From positions 186,001 to 250,000 of the forward strand of contig CM120645.1 of the NCBI GenBank assembly GCA_051362555.1: DNA of 64,000 bases, written 5' to 3'. Position 1 is the stretch's first letter. Every line of letters starts with the position of its first letter. The stretch is from Lingula anatina. Lineage: Eukaryota; Animalia; Brachiopoda. Positions 36,201-50,423 of the stretch are shown here, in pieces. Below the pieces are notes generated by a model, which did not search any database, had not been told where the DNA came from, and was given only the letters and a program-made list of their open reading frames with translations. Made by a program: the position numbers and the translations under genes.

Positions 36201-38069
36201 CGGGAGGTGCCGCCACTGTAGTCGACGGAGAAGTCGGACCTGAAAAAGTAACGCACACTTACACCACAGAACAAAATGGCTGTGCAAATTGTATAAGTTA
36301 CCAGCCTTTATACGAGTAAATTTACTTAACGACTGGTCAACAAGGAATGAACATTGACACCGTGACATCAAGAATTTTAACATTGTACAAAATGATGTAA
36401 ATGAGCAAAGTTTCGATGACCAACACAATAGCTGGATTCCATGTACCTCTAACGGCGCCACAAGATAATAATTTTATCTGGCTTTCGGGTTGAGGCTCTT
36501 CAAATCAGATTTGACAGTCGACTTTAAGGTCCCAGACTAATAGTATTAAGTGTTTTATTCAACTGGAATCAAAACTAAAACGCATACCAGTTGTCTCATT
36601 AAAACCATTCAATGTGAGGTAATGTGACCTCATAAATAGCAAATGCTTACCCGCTGGCACTGTCCAAGATAGATCGAGCTTTTGGTACGCCCGGCTTCCT
36701 CGTTCGACGTAATACCAATAATTTACTACGTCACCAGGTTGTAATATGACGTCATTATTTACTTCTACAAACGCACCAGTCCCTGTTTGCGTCAAAATAA
36801 ATAGTATATGTTACACATCAACTAATTTAAGAAACAAAAAGAAAATCATTTAAGTGTTTCGTCGTTTGGAAAAATGATATTGAAGAACCAAGTCATTTTA
36901 GCTGACATGCTGATGTTGATAGGATTACTTCATTTTTCGTAGAAAATTGTCCTTAAAAAAACTTTTAACTTTCCGAATTTCACAGTTTACATATATGTTT
37001 ACTTAATAAAAATTGAACGGTCGGCCAGAGGCTCACATAAAAACCACGCAGATATTTCCAGAAAACTCCTGCGTACCTGGTTCCCGAGCTGTGACGTCAA
37101 CATTGTAGTCTCCGGCGTCTGTTGCTATCAGCGGTTTGTTAATACTGTAGTGGAAGGCGACAAGACTCACTTGACTGTCTTCGTCTGGCGGCAAGGAAGA
37201 GGAAAGATGTTTGCAAATAATTGATTAAAAATAATTGATTTAAAATGTTACAAAGGGACAGAAATTCTAGTTCTATTTGGTGAAATGGAAAAGGTTCGAT
37301 ACTGAACTATTCCTCCTGATCGCCTGGTTATCTAATGATGCATGCCGGAGCGATTTCGACTAAAGGCTGAACCCCAGGTGAGAGCAGCTGTCTTTAGTTT
37401 ACATGGCGAGTCTTAAACGAGAAAGTGAGATTATGCTTTCTGTCTTTTTCAATTCTGTTCTTCAGTAAAAATACCAACACAAGCACAAAAATTCTAGATT
37501 CTAAAGAAGAAAAAAAAGTAAAGACAAAAATCTTCCAGAGCGCTCTTCTCTCAAAGCAATATTTGAACGGCGCGTGGTCTTGCCGGACATTACGGTGCAT
37601 TTTTGGGGGCCGTAGCGATAGTCCGAAGGTTCAATAGTCCGAAGGTTCATTGGTCCGAATGTTCACTATAGAACCTTCGGACCAATGAACCCTTGATTAA
37701 AAAATCGATAAAAATGTTACCTCTTTTCGGACCAATGAACCTTCGGACTAATGAACCTTCGGACTATCGAGACGCCCCCCATTTTTGATAACAACCCAAG
37801 CGACCAGTTCATGAACTGAGTCTTACTTTTGTGGCATATCATGAAAATCATGAATCACTGATGTTCAATACGCACAACTATCTAGGAGATCAGACCTCCA
37901 CATGAAATGTTTGTAATAAATTCCAAGGCAAATTTGTAGGGAGAAAGATTGAATAAAAATATTTATAAAGTTTCAACCCTGTCTATTCACTAGTTACCTT
38001 TATAAGCAAATCTCATCCCACTGGACGCTGTCAAGGAAATCTTCACCGGTTTCAAGATGTATGTCGCTG
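32805..38069 (-). CDS. Beta-1,3-glucan-binding protein / endo-1,3-beta-glucanase (CBM39 + GH16); one apparent frameshift, first exon unresolved
   Basis: Exons 38069-37998, 37184-37077, 36782-36651 (CBM39), 36239-36195, 35788-35744 (linkers), 35503-35380, 35208-35073, 34789-34607, 34393-34201 (WPASGEIDIVESRGN), 34004-33933, 33366-33216 and 33029-32805 (FHLIMNVAVGGTNGFF). Confidence 0.88.
37606..37779. mobile_element. 174-bp foldback MITE (inverted copy of 26462-26635)
   Basis: Near-identical reverse complement; TSD CATTTTTG (37598-37605, 37780-37787). Confidence 0.9.
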
Positions 38070-39520
38070 CTGATGTTAATAAAACAGCCACGAACGCTGT
38101 CGATATAATTAATCGGTACACGGGAAGATTCATCTGTGCTTCTTAACGTGCTACGACAAAAAGATGAAAAGTTTGAGAATGAGATTCCTTTTTTCTGATG
38201 CATTCTTCTACTTATCTAATAGAAGCATTTACGTATGTGACGGATCAGAACAGACGACGTGCATGCCCACTTTCGACATGCAGTATAATGTGAAATAAGC
38301 CCCAGGAATGAATGAAGTTTTTTAGTCAGCCAGTAAATTTACCCAGTAAAATTAAAATTATGAACAACTCTGCTACTGACACTTACATTAGCAACTGACC
38401 GACGCTGCTATTTCGACCCGGTCATCTGCAAATGTAATTTCCAATGTCAGAGTTACACACAGTTCTCATAGGTCCAACATGTTCACCAAAAGCATAATTA
38501 GCACAGATTATATTGAAACAAATAATGAAATAGTAAAATAAATTCTTTACCTGCTTCTGCCTCGTCTTTTATATGTATGACGTTCAATCCTTCTCGAAAT
38601 ATTTATAAAATGCAGTGTTAAAACGGAAGATTGAAGTGGAGAAGGACGTCTTAGGATGGCGGATATCGCCGATTGTGTGTAAAATCAACGCTGCAAGTTC
38701 TCTTATAGCCGACATCGTGACTAACTTATTTTTGACACCTACACAAAATTGTCCAGCGGGCTGTCACTGACCAACACAACTGAAATTACACGACCCGCTA
38801 ACATCATAATAATCTTTATTCAGTTTTGTGATAATAGTCTAGAATACAGGCTCTGTATCAACAATAGTGACTCAACTCTTCAGGCGCGGGTTGCGTTGAT
38901 TCATTGTTGATAAGCCTGCGACCAGCAATCAATAGAACATCCAAATACAAATGATACCTATTGTTCAACCAGAGAAGAATAAACATACTTAAAGATGCAA
39001 TTCAGTGGACCCAGAGCGAGGATAAGTAGCCTGTGACGTCACAGATGTCCCGACCGGGTTGATGTATATCGTGACTATGTCCAGTTGTGCTGAATCATAA
39101 TGATTATCATAATATACTGGAGGGAGGGGGGGGGGGGGGGGGGCTGTTTTTGTTTTACTTGGAAAACGGGTCACGCTCGCGGACATCCGGTAAGTGTGGC
39201 TGAGTGGACATTTAATTCACCGACCCTCTAATATCAGCGGTTTCTCAAATAGAATACAAAATGTAAGCATGAGTGATACAATAATTTTGTAACAGGCTAC
39301 TAGCGTCAAAATATGATTCACCATAAGTGGATAGAACCGCGTGCTACCGACTCTTGTTCACTGCGCCGCACTGCGTACAGCTACAGCTACCGATACAAGC
39401 GCTGACATTAAATTCCTTATTTCTAAAAATACGTGTGCACGCTGACAGTCAATCATTAATTTTTTAGACCGGGTGTCATCATACAGACGTAGCACCAGTA
39501 CTTATCCAGTAAGTAAAATC

Positions 39521-39764
39521 TTATAAATTTTACTTGTTCTTTACTTAAGTGACTTTTATTGTTTCTATAATTTATTATTATTGTTTCTATAATTTTCAGA
39601 TGTTAAACTTCTAACATCTGAAAATTATAGAAACAATAATAATTCATCAGTTAGTACCAGTAGTCATGTAATTTTCACATCAGTTGAACGTACGTTAATA
39701 ATAATAAAGTCATTACAAATTCAAAACAAAAGTCACTTAAGTAAAGAACAAGTAAAAATTATAA
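39521..39764. repeat. Nested inverted repeats
   Basis: Inner perfect 32-bp stem (39574-39605 / 39612-39643); outer 37-bp arms (39521-39557 / 39728-39764) with one mismatch. Confidence 0.85.
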
Positions 39765-41050
39765 AATAACCTTTTTGGCAACCGAAGCCAACCTGTAGTT
39801 TGGAAGAGGACATCCTCTTACGAATGAAGGTCACTGCGCTTACGGACCTTACACAAGTACGAATGAAAAGACCTCGGCGAACGCGCAACTGCCTGTAAAT
39901 GACGACAAAAAACGAGCCCAATTTGGCTGTATCTTTATTACATAACACCATGACGACACAACAAACTTCACACACACGCGCAACTGCGTGCACATATTCA
40001 TAAACACGAGCGTCTTTACATAAGTAAAAATAGGAAACACACTCATACAGAGTTCTTGAAACACTGAATAACACATCACAACGCTTAAAAACTCCTGGTC
40101 TTGAATAATTAAAGTTTCGCAAATAATACTAAGACAGTTAAGACCCTTTCCTTATATTTACATGTGTATGGTCTCTTTGAATATAGTTACATGTAAGTCC
40201 TGTGGAAATAACTATAGAGACCAGAGTTGGTAAAGTACATACACGTATCAAGTCATGTGACAACAGATCACTTCCTTTGGTTATCAATCATAACAGAGTA
40301 TGGTTCCTTACCGATATATACAGATATATAAACTATATCGTTAAACTATTTCATGCTATCTGTTTATGTGCGTACCTGTATTGTGCTAAGTATTTTTACC
40401 ATTAATAGAACACATTCATTTTACTTAAAATTGATAAATTAATTTTCAAATCTAGACAACAGTCGTTGGCTCATAAGCCAAACAGCAAAATGAGATTAAT
40501 ATAGCTTTGTACCATTCCAGGCCTTTGAAGTGATATTTTACTTTAAAAATTATATATTTTTAAAAATATTTTTAAAATGTTTTACAAATTTCCACCACCA
40601 CTGCCTTCACAACATGCTTTTATTTGCAACAGTGGTTTGAATAAACAGAAGTTTCATGAATAATAATTTAATGCTTATGAGTATTTCTTTTCTGGAGCAT
40701 ATCCCAGAAAAACCTCCAAGCTCCTAAGATAATGAATGGTAAATTGATGAAAAACCCTGACAATGCAGCAATAAAATGCTACTGTCAATAAATATGTGAT
40801 ACACGATAAGTAACAATGCTGGTTTATTGTCATTTTGTAACACACACTTTATAAGCATCCTTAAAAATTTGCACTCAATAAAGTTTTAAAAATCTAAATT
40901 CTCTCTTCCTGGCAACTTACCAATGGCACTGATTTTGTTTTAAACTAGTGTATACAAACCCGTCATCAACATAATACTTGGTAAAGTCTAAACTGGTATT
41001 TACTGCACAATATCACATTTTCTTTCTTTTCTATTCCATTTTTATCAACT

Positions 41051-44000
41051 TTAGTCCTTTTCTATCAGTTTTATTTCTCCATGCTTCAAAACAAAGACTT
41101 CTCCCTCCTCGAGCCCTTTCTGTTTTGCTGACTCAGCAAATTTTTCTGGTGGTTCAAATATAGGCTGCAATAAACAATACAATATATCTTATTATAAAAT
41201 GTTAACTTAGTAAATCGACATATAGCAACAAAAGTAAACAATGGAAACCAAAAGAATCAACAAGGCAGCAAAGCTGTCAAATGTACAGACAAAAACAGAA
41301 AATATAAATGCAGAAAATGGGTCATTTTGTCAATTTTGATGCAATAATAAATAATGCCTATAATAGCACTGTCAATCAACACTGAATTTTAATCATGCAC
41401 AACTGGTAACATGGTCAATAACAGGAGCAGATCCAGAGGTATTTTCTGACAGTATTCCAAATCATCTTTGTTGATCCATCCCCCATTTTTAATGGTTTTC
41501 CAACAGAAAAAACAGATACCCATCATTGTGAACTTTAAAATCTGACCGTCTTCTGAAAGACCCAGAAGACGGCCTCAATCCGCCCCTGCAATAAGATTAC
41601 AGTTTCAGGACCATGAGAGTTCAAATTCACATAATGAAAATCCCAATATCCGAAAAAAGATAACAGTGCATAAAATAATATTACATAATGTTTAAAGACA
41701 TAAAAACCAATGCAACTGCTTATGTGGAAATACAGAAAATGTGAAGAGCTTCAGGTGGATGGGAGCTGAAAATGCCAGTGTTTGAAAAATGATTAAAAAA
41801 AAAAAACACAACAAAAATATTCCAATAAAGCTGCTATTCAAACTTTTAATCTTGCTGTATTAACATGATATGAATAACCCCAATGTGTTTGAGGATAATA
41901 CAGCATTAATGTTGGCGTTACACAATTTTTTGTTTCTTTTGTAAACTTATTTGCAATATTAAACAATATTTACCTGCATAATATTAATTATCACCAATTC
42001 CTAATTATGTGACACAGTTAAGAGAGCTTTACCTATGGGGCTTTACTGGGAAATCTCAACATGTGTTTTATGTAATCCTATTTAATGGGCACTTGGAAAT
42101 TAATTAGGCAATTAATTTTATAGCTCTGAATTTAGCTTGTGACTACCCCAAAGGACAATTACCACCATCCATAAACAGTAGCCCCATTCTATAGAGCTGC
42201 ATTGCTTCCAAAACAGAAAACAATCACACTGATTTTCCAACACAAACTGCACTTCAGTGAAACTTTTCAGTAAGTTTGAGTATCATAAGCAACATGGTTT
42301 TTCCTTAATGGTCATTCCGGCAGCGATGTCCAAAATAATGTTATATCCAATATAACATAATGATCATCAATTTTTAATAATAAAATAAAAGTATCATGGA
42401 TATTCAGAAAATGTGACATGGAAAGGTCTTCAAGGCCATGGAAGTTCAGAGTCACACCTTCAAAATGCCAAAATGTAAACGAGATGACTGTACTGAAATG
42501 ATTTTCTTTCCACTTTCAACACTTTTTTTTACATATAACAAAATAATCAGTTTACTGTCATTTTTAAATGAACAACTAAAAAAATTGATGACATAGGAAA
42601 AATATCAATAGAACAATTTTAAATGTCCAATTTGCTCCATTCTGAGATTCTGAACATGGTGAATGATTGAATCTTACAAACTGTAAAGATAAGTTTATTT
42701 CCATTTTTTGACACTTTATAACACAATGCACAATAACAGGTTTACCATCATTTTTATATAATCAACTAACAATATTAAGATGTAGAAAATGTCAAAGGAA
42801 CACCTTTACATATTTAATTAGTTCACAAATGCGATTGTTAACATGCCTAAGAATTTAAAAATCTGAATAAAAAACACTTATATACAAAAAAAGGCATAAC
42901 TTCACCAAAACTGAACCGATCGAACTTATTTTTTAACTTCATCTGTATTTCAGTAAGACTGATCACCCCTGTGAATTTCAAGACAATTGGCCAATTGATT
43001 TTCCTTGAAATGTGTTATCGGTATTGCATATATGCTGAAAAAACAGCATAACTTCCATAAAATTGCTCCGATCACGCTGATTTTCGAACTTGATCTGCGT
43101 TTTATGAATATTCATCAGTTCTGTAAGTTTCAAACCAAAAGGTAAAACGGTTTTTCACTTATCGTGTTATCGGTGTTGCATATATGCTGAAAAAAATGAA
43201 AAAATAGCATAACTTTCATAAAAATGGCCCGATCATGCTGATTTTCGAACTTGACCTGCATAATATGAATATTCATCAGTTCTGTAAGTTTCAAGCCAAA
43301 AAGTAAAATGGTTTTTCACTTATTGTGTTATCGGTGTTATAAATATGCTGAAAAAAGGGAAAAAACAACATAACTTCCATCAAAATGGCCTGATCATGCT
43401 GATTTTCGAACTTGACCTGCATACAGTAATTCTCCAATCTATACGAACGCCGCAATAATTACGAACGACACGTTTTTTCTCTGAATCTGAATTTTTTGTC
43501 TCCGTTCTGTACGAACGATCGCTAAACTCACCTTGGGCACAATTTAAATTTTCCGAACGCAAGAAAGTGTGCCCGATTGAAACTCGCCCCATGATTCGTC
43601 AAAGCGAGTTTTCAGACCACCGTTCCAAACAAAGGAACTGCCACTTGACAGGAGAGATTGTTATCATGTATTTGTGCTGTTTTTGAATGAGACGATAGGA
43701 GGACTCAACCTGCCCGCCGGCAGCTACAGGCCAGTAGTTTTAAAACCCTATTGTTATTGAGAAATTATTGACAGCATCAGTACGCATAAATTACTTACTG
43801 TTTATTATCATTTCCTAACTTCTGCCGGCCGATAACTGGTTTCTAGTAAAATCTATAAACTTGAAACCCACGCACAACAGAAGAGTATGAGAAATCCATT
43901 GTCAATGATCGAGTTTTTCATTTGTTTTTGGTAGTCATCAGAAAATTAATTTTTTTAAGAGGAGTTCTGTCTTGTATTGTATTTATTTTTCTAATTTGAG

Positions 44001-47000
44001 TTGTGATAAAGTTAATGTACTTTTTTTTGTTTGTTTGTTTTTCCTTGTTAAAGACCTTGTCTCATGAACAACTATTAGGTAAACCTTACTGATATTAGTG
44101 ATTGTGAAAAATAAAGGTGCCGTATGACCTTATACAAATTTGCCTGCAGTTTTCTGTATTTTTTCTAATTAAGTTTACATTGATTGCGTGCAAATTAATA
44201 TGCTGTATAAGACTTTCATAAATAGACTTGAATTGAGCTAATGTTATTTTTTATATCAAGTATAATCTCTATTAACGTCAGTGATATCTACTGTGAGGAG
44301 TTTCGAGTATTTTGTTTTGGCGGGAGAAATTTATGTAGGCCTAATGGGGGGTGACATTATTAATATTGCAAATTTTCTATATGTGAAATCATATTAAAAG
44401 TAAACACGCAATAAATAAAATATGCAACTGGATACGAAAATATTCTCGTCTGTTTTTGACAGAAGTTGGGAAAAACGATGTTGTCCTGTCTTGGTAAAAC
44501 ACAACAGGGAAAAACGATGTTGTCTTGTCTTGGGAGAAATGTACCTCTTTAGTATGAAGAAATTGTTTTTTAACTTGAATTCCCGACTTTTGTTTAGTTT
44601 GTTTTAATTCATTGCAATATCCCAAGAATAATTTGTTTGTGCTTTTAGCTGATCACAGTGATTTAATCTGAAAGTAATGCTTACACTTAGCAATGTAGGT
44701 AAGTGGAGATAACTTCAGGTACAGCCGTATTCCATCCGTATTTCAATGGATACGAACGCGTGGCAATTTTTAGCAGACTGAATTTCAAGCCTTACGAACA
44801 AAATGATTATCTTCCAAAAATAATTAATTTAAATCGTTCGTATAGATTGGAGAATTACCGTATTATGAATATTCATCAGTTCTGTAAGTTTCAAGCCAAA
44901 AGGTAAAACGTTTTTTCACTTATCGTGTTATCGGTGAAAGTGCACGGCGACGACGACGGCGACGACGACAGACGCAGATGATGGCTATATGTACAGACAC
45001 ATCTGTGTCTGTACATAATAAAAATTAACAACTACACGTAAAAGTCGTAATTATCATCTTGAGAGACCTACTTAAGTCACTGTTCTGAATACAGCAACAA
45101 AATGGACACTATAACCCATAAGAGTAATTTTAATTTTAATTTTAGTTAAAACTAAAACACACTGGACAACTCTATGTGACAGTGTCTACCACCGCTGTGA
45201 GAGTCCTTGGGACCATTCCCAGACCCTATCATATTAACCTTGGATAGATCCATCTCCAAGGGGATTCTCACTAAACTGCTATCAAATTAAGCGGCTAAGA
45301 TGTCTGTCACGTTTACTGAAGCTGCTAGGGGGTAATTTATTAGCGTTTACCAGCTTCAAAAGGCTTTCTAGACATCCACGCTACTTAAGCTGAAAGCAAT
45401 TTAGCGAGAAACCCCTTGGAGATGGAGCGATCCTGTTAGATTGATCTAGGCATGGGAACCCAGTCTTAGTGTAGATCTGGTTACCTCAGTGGATCCCATG
45501 TTGTATGTTCCCCAGTGGATCCCCAGGGTATATCTGGCCTTCACATCACAGTGGATGTCCACAGCCTGCACCGGGTCCACGTGTTGGGGCGCCATGAACC
45601 ACCTGAAATACACACACAGTACAGCACATTTTAAATCATCAACACTTTGTTTAATGTGTGACATAATACACAGGAAGGAGACTGCCATTTAGGGAAAGAA
45701 GTTGGAAAGTATGGCATGATGTCTGCCCAGCCCAGTGATATTATCTGGCTCCCAAAAAGTTGAAAATCTTCCCAAAGTGGAATTTATCTGATTCCTGAAT
45801 ACACTGTCATCCAACTATAGTATATATTATAGCTATATATATGTCAGATTGACAGAACACCTCAAGTGTCAGCATGAGATGTTATAAAGACATATATCAC
45901 CTGAGTTTAGCACTGTATTATTGAAACATAAAACATTTATAGCTATAAAGAGAAACAATCTGATTATCTCATAAATTCTTCAACCACAAAGTTCAATTAT
46001 ATAAATGAAGTCAAACTATACAAACATAAGTGCTGTACCTAGGACAGTACGCCCCTATAGGAATGGCAGCCAAGTCAAAGGGTCCATGCTTCCTCCCTAT
46101 CTGCTTGAATGCTTCACAGTATCCTGTGTCTCCAGCAAAGAAGAATCTGTTTGTTGATCCCAGAACACACCAGCTGCCCCAGAGCACCTGGAGACAACAA
46201 CAACAGTAATAATAATAATAATAATAATAATAGATAAGTTCATCCTACCCCCCTCCTCCAGCCGACTCAACAGCTTCTGTACAGAACTAGCTGTACATGT
46301 ACATGTATATATATACATGTAATATAGCTATACATACATAGTCAATAGGCACAGCCATTTCTCTGGCTATACCACTTTTTCCATCCAATGATGAATATTT
46401 GAAAAGAATTGATGTAATCACTCAGTCAGTTGACCTCTGGTAGAGCAAACATGGGAGGGCCAGTGAATAGTAGATAGGACAATGATCTTAAACTACAGTG
46501 TAGCAAACATGGGAGGGCCAGTGAATAGTAGACAGGACAATGATCTTAAACTACAGTGTAGTAAACATGGAGGGCCAGTGAATGGTAGACAGGACAATGA
46601 TCTTAAACTACAGTGTACATGTAGTAAACATGGAGGGCCAGTGAATGGTAGACAGGACAATGATCTTAAACTACAGTGTAGTAAACATGGAGGGCCAGTG
46701 AATGGTAGACAGGACAGTGATCTTAAACTACAGTGTTGTAAACATGGGAGGGCCAGTGAATGGTAGACAGGACAATGATCTTAAACTACAGTGTAGTAAA
46801 CATGGAGGGCCAGTGAATGGTAGACAGGACAATGATCTTAAACTACAGTGCTATAAACATGGAGGGCCAGTGAATGGTAGACAGGACAATGATCTTAAAC
46901 TACAGTGTTGTAAACATGGAGGGCCAGTGAATGGTAGACAGGACAGTGATCTTAAACTGCAGTGTAGTAAACATGGAGGGCCAGTGAATGGTAGACAGGA

Positions 47001-50000
47001 CAGTGATCTTTAACTGCAGTGTAGTAAACATGGAGGGCCAGTGAATGGTAGACAGGACAATGATCTTAAACTACAGTGTAGTAAACATGGAGGGCCAGTC
47101 AATGGTAGACAGGACAGTGATCTTAAACTACAGTGTTGTAAACATGGGAGGGCCAGTGAATGGTAGACAGGACAGTGATCTTAAACTACGGTGTTGTAAA
47201 CATGGAGGGCCAGTGAATGGTAGACAGGACAGTGATCTTAAACTACAGTGTAGTAAACATGGAGGGCCAGTGAATGGTAGACAGGACAGTGATCTTAAAC
47301 TACAGTGTTGTAAACATTGAGGGCCAGTGAATGGTAGACAGGACAATGATCTTAAACTACAGTGTAGTAAACATGGAGGGCCAGTGAATGGTAGACAGGA
47401 CAGTGATCTTTAACTACAGTGTAGTAAACATGGAGGGCCAGTGAATGGTAGACAGGACAATGATCATAAACTACAGTGTTGTAAACATGGGAGGGCCAGT
47501 GAATGGTAGACAGGACAATGATCTTAAACTACAGTGTTGTAAACATGGAGGGCCAGTGAATGGTAGACAGGACAATGATCTTAAACTACAGTGTAGTAAA
47601 CATGGAGGGTCAGTGAATGGTAGACAGGACAGTGATCTTAAACTGCAGTGTAGTAAACATGGAGGGCCAGTGAATGGTAGACAGGACAATGATCTTAAAC
47701 TACAGTGTAGTAAACATGGAGGGCCAGTGAATGGTAGACAGGACAGTGATCTTAAACTACAGTGTTGTAAACATGGGAGGGCCAGTGAATGGTAGACAGG
47801 ACAGTGATCTTAAACTACAGTGTTGTAAACATGGAGGGCCAGTGAATGGTAGACAGGACAGTGATCTTAAACTACAGTGTAGTAAACATGGAGGGCCAGT
47901 GAATGGTAGACAGGACAGTGATCTTAAACTACAGTGTTGTAAACATGGAGGGCCAGTGAATGGTAGACAGGACAATGATCTTAAACTACAGTGTTGTAAA
48001 CATGGAGGGCCAGTGAATGGTAGACAGGACAATGATCTTTAACTACAGTGTAGTAAACATGGAGGGCCAGTGAATGGTAGACAGGACAATGATCTTAAAC
48101 TGCAGTGTAGTAAACATGGAGGGCCAGTGAATGGTAGACAGGACAATGATCTTAAACTACAGTGTTGTAAACATGGGAGGGCCAGTGAATGGTAGACAGG
48201 ACAATGATCTTAAACTACAGTGTTGTAAACATGGAGGGCCAGTGAATGGTAGACAGGACAATGATCTTAAACTACAGTGTAGTAAACATGGAGGGTCAGT
48301 GAATGGTAGACAGGACAGTGATCTTAAACTGCAGTGTAGTAAACATGGAGGGCCAGTGAATGGTAGACAGGACAATGATCTTAAACTACAGTGTAGTAAA
48401 CATGGAGGGCCAGTGAATGGTAGACAGGACAGTGATCTTAAACTACAGTGTTGTAAACATGGGAGGGCCAGTGAATGGTAGACAGGACAATGATCTTAAA
48501 CTACAGTATTGTAAACATGGAGGGCCAGTGAATGGTAGACAGGACAATGATCTTAAACTACAGTGTAGTAAACATCTGTTATAATTGACATATATATGGT
48601 ACATAACACCAGTGTTGTAAACATCTGTTATAATTGACATATATATGGTACATAACACACAAATACATGTACAAGCATGCAACACACACACACACACACA
48701 CCTTTTCCAGAGTAAATTTCCTAAAACAGATTTCAGTCATGCCACGGTGACAGCATGAATTATGCAGCAAAGTGATAGAGACAATGATATCTACATTGAT
48801 GTGTACAACAGCATGAAACATGCCGACTAATATTACTTTGACACAGATAATTTACTGTGGCACTGATAAATAAGTCATATTACATAGAGTACTATTCTGA
48901 TATTCTGCCAGTATACGCACTACATGTACAATTAATACACAGACTACATTTTGCATTTACATCACACTGCACTTTAAGAGTTGTGGGGCACTGGTCTCAA
49001 AATTAAATATTTTTTAAAGATCATTTATGTGTTTAAACTGATACTGACAACTTTTGACCCCCCCTCCCCTCCATCTCACCTTATCAGTGTCAAATGCCGT
49101 GCGCTTACACCAGTGTTGTGCAGGCGTAAAAACAAACTTCACATTGCTCTCCTCACTGTATGGCTCCTCTTGCCACCAGTCCATCTCAATTACTTCTGCA
49201 CACCCAACATCTGTCATCCAGCTCTTCAATCCCAGAGGCACAAACCACTTCAGAGACGGCCCAAATCTCTCGTTTAACTTCTTAACAGAAGTCAGATCCA
49301 GGTGGTCATAATGGGTATGACTTATCACCACAGCGTTAATCTTTGGCAGTTCCTCGATGGAACATGGCGGAGGTCTGTAGCGCTTTGGTCCTATGAATTG
49401 TACTGGTGAACATCGGTCAGAGAAGATGGGGTCGGTAAGAATGGTCAGTCCATCCATCTGGACAAGGACAGTGGCATGACCTATCCATACAGTGCTGAGA
49501 GTGGTAGGAGATGGACCTTTGGACAAACACTCAAAGTCTGGCTTTATTACTGGCAGACGGGCCTCAATTTCCTGTTGAGAAAGAGATTTCTCTTATTTTT
49601 ATCAGGTTTAATTTTTATTTCCTTCCTGACACTGTAGAATACAGTTATTATCAAGTATACATTTCATTTATTCCCGTTGGCTGACAGCCTGTCATGGTGA
49701 TAGCTTTTGAGAAGTGAACACAGTATTAAAGCTAAATAGTCACTATGATGAGATGCATTAGAGGTGAAGTGAAAGTAAAAGTGGCCTATCCTTACAGCCA
49801 AATATGGTACCCATAAACTTTGTAAATTTTCTTGTCACTATATTAATATCTTTACCAGTGGTATGTTATTTACCAGAATGAATAGAAAAGTGAAAGCTCT
49901 GTGAGCTTCCTCATTAAATTGTGTATCTTTATGTAGGAACATATTTTACTTACCCTAGCTAAGGGAATAATGAGACGAATTATGACAAGAAAATGTCCAC

Positions 50001-50392
50001 ATTTCTTTACAACTTTCACTGCCTCTACGTCTGCTTACCTCTGTGGTTGGTAAAGAAGGTTTCTTCTCTTTGAAGACCATTTTCATCAGGCCCCCCAGTC
50101 CGGGGGCAGTCCAGGTAGCCCAAGGGTTGACAAACCTTCCATGTCTTTTCACTGAGGGCTGGCACCATGACTGCACTGCAAACATGAATTCATTGCAAAC
50201 TCCAATATCTTCATAGAATCTTACAAAGTAAACCTTTTTTTTAAATATATTATATGATTTTTTTATTGAACACTGCATCAGAATATGATATTTTACATAG
50301 ATATCATGTAGTAAATTTTGCCATTTTTAAAGACATATATTTGAAATAATTTAATTTCTTTCATTTTTTTAAAAAGAATGCACTTATAAAAG

Positions 50393-50423
<31 letters not shown>

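Noticed and set aside
37280-37400. tRNA or SINE B-box (GGTTCGATAC)
   Set aside because: No A-box or cloverleaf could be built.
41051-41164. Suspected frameshift in the last NAPEPLD exon
   Set aside because: A recount gives an intact frame: [37 protein letters not shown].
46440-48575. CRISPR array or repetitive protein gene
   Set aside because: Head-to-tail units with no unique spacers, no cas genes, inside a eukaryotic intron; the ORFs are broken by +1 unit variants.
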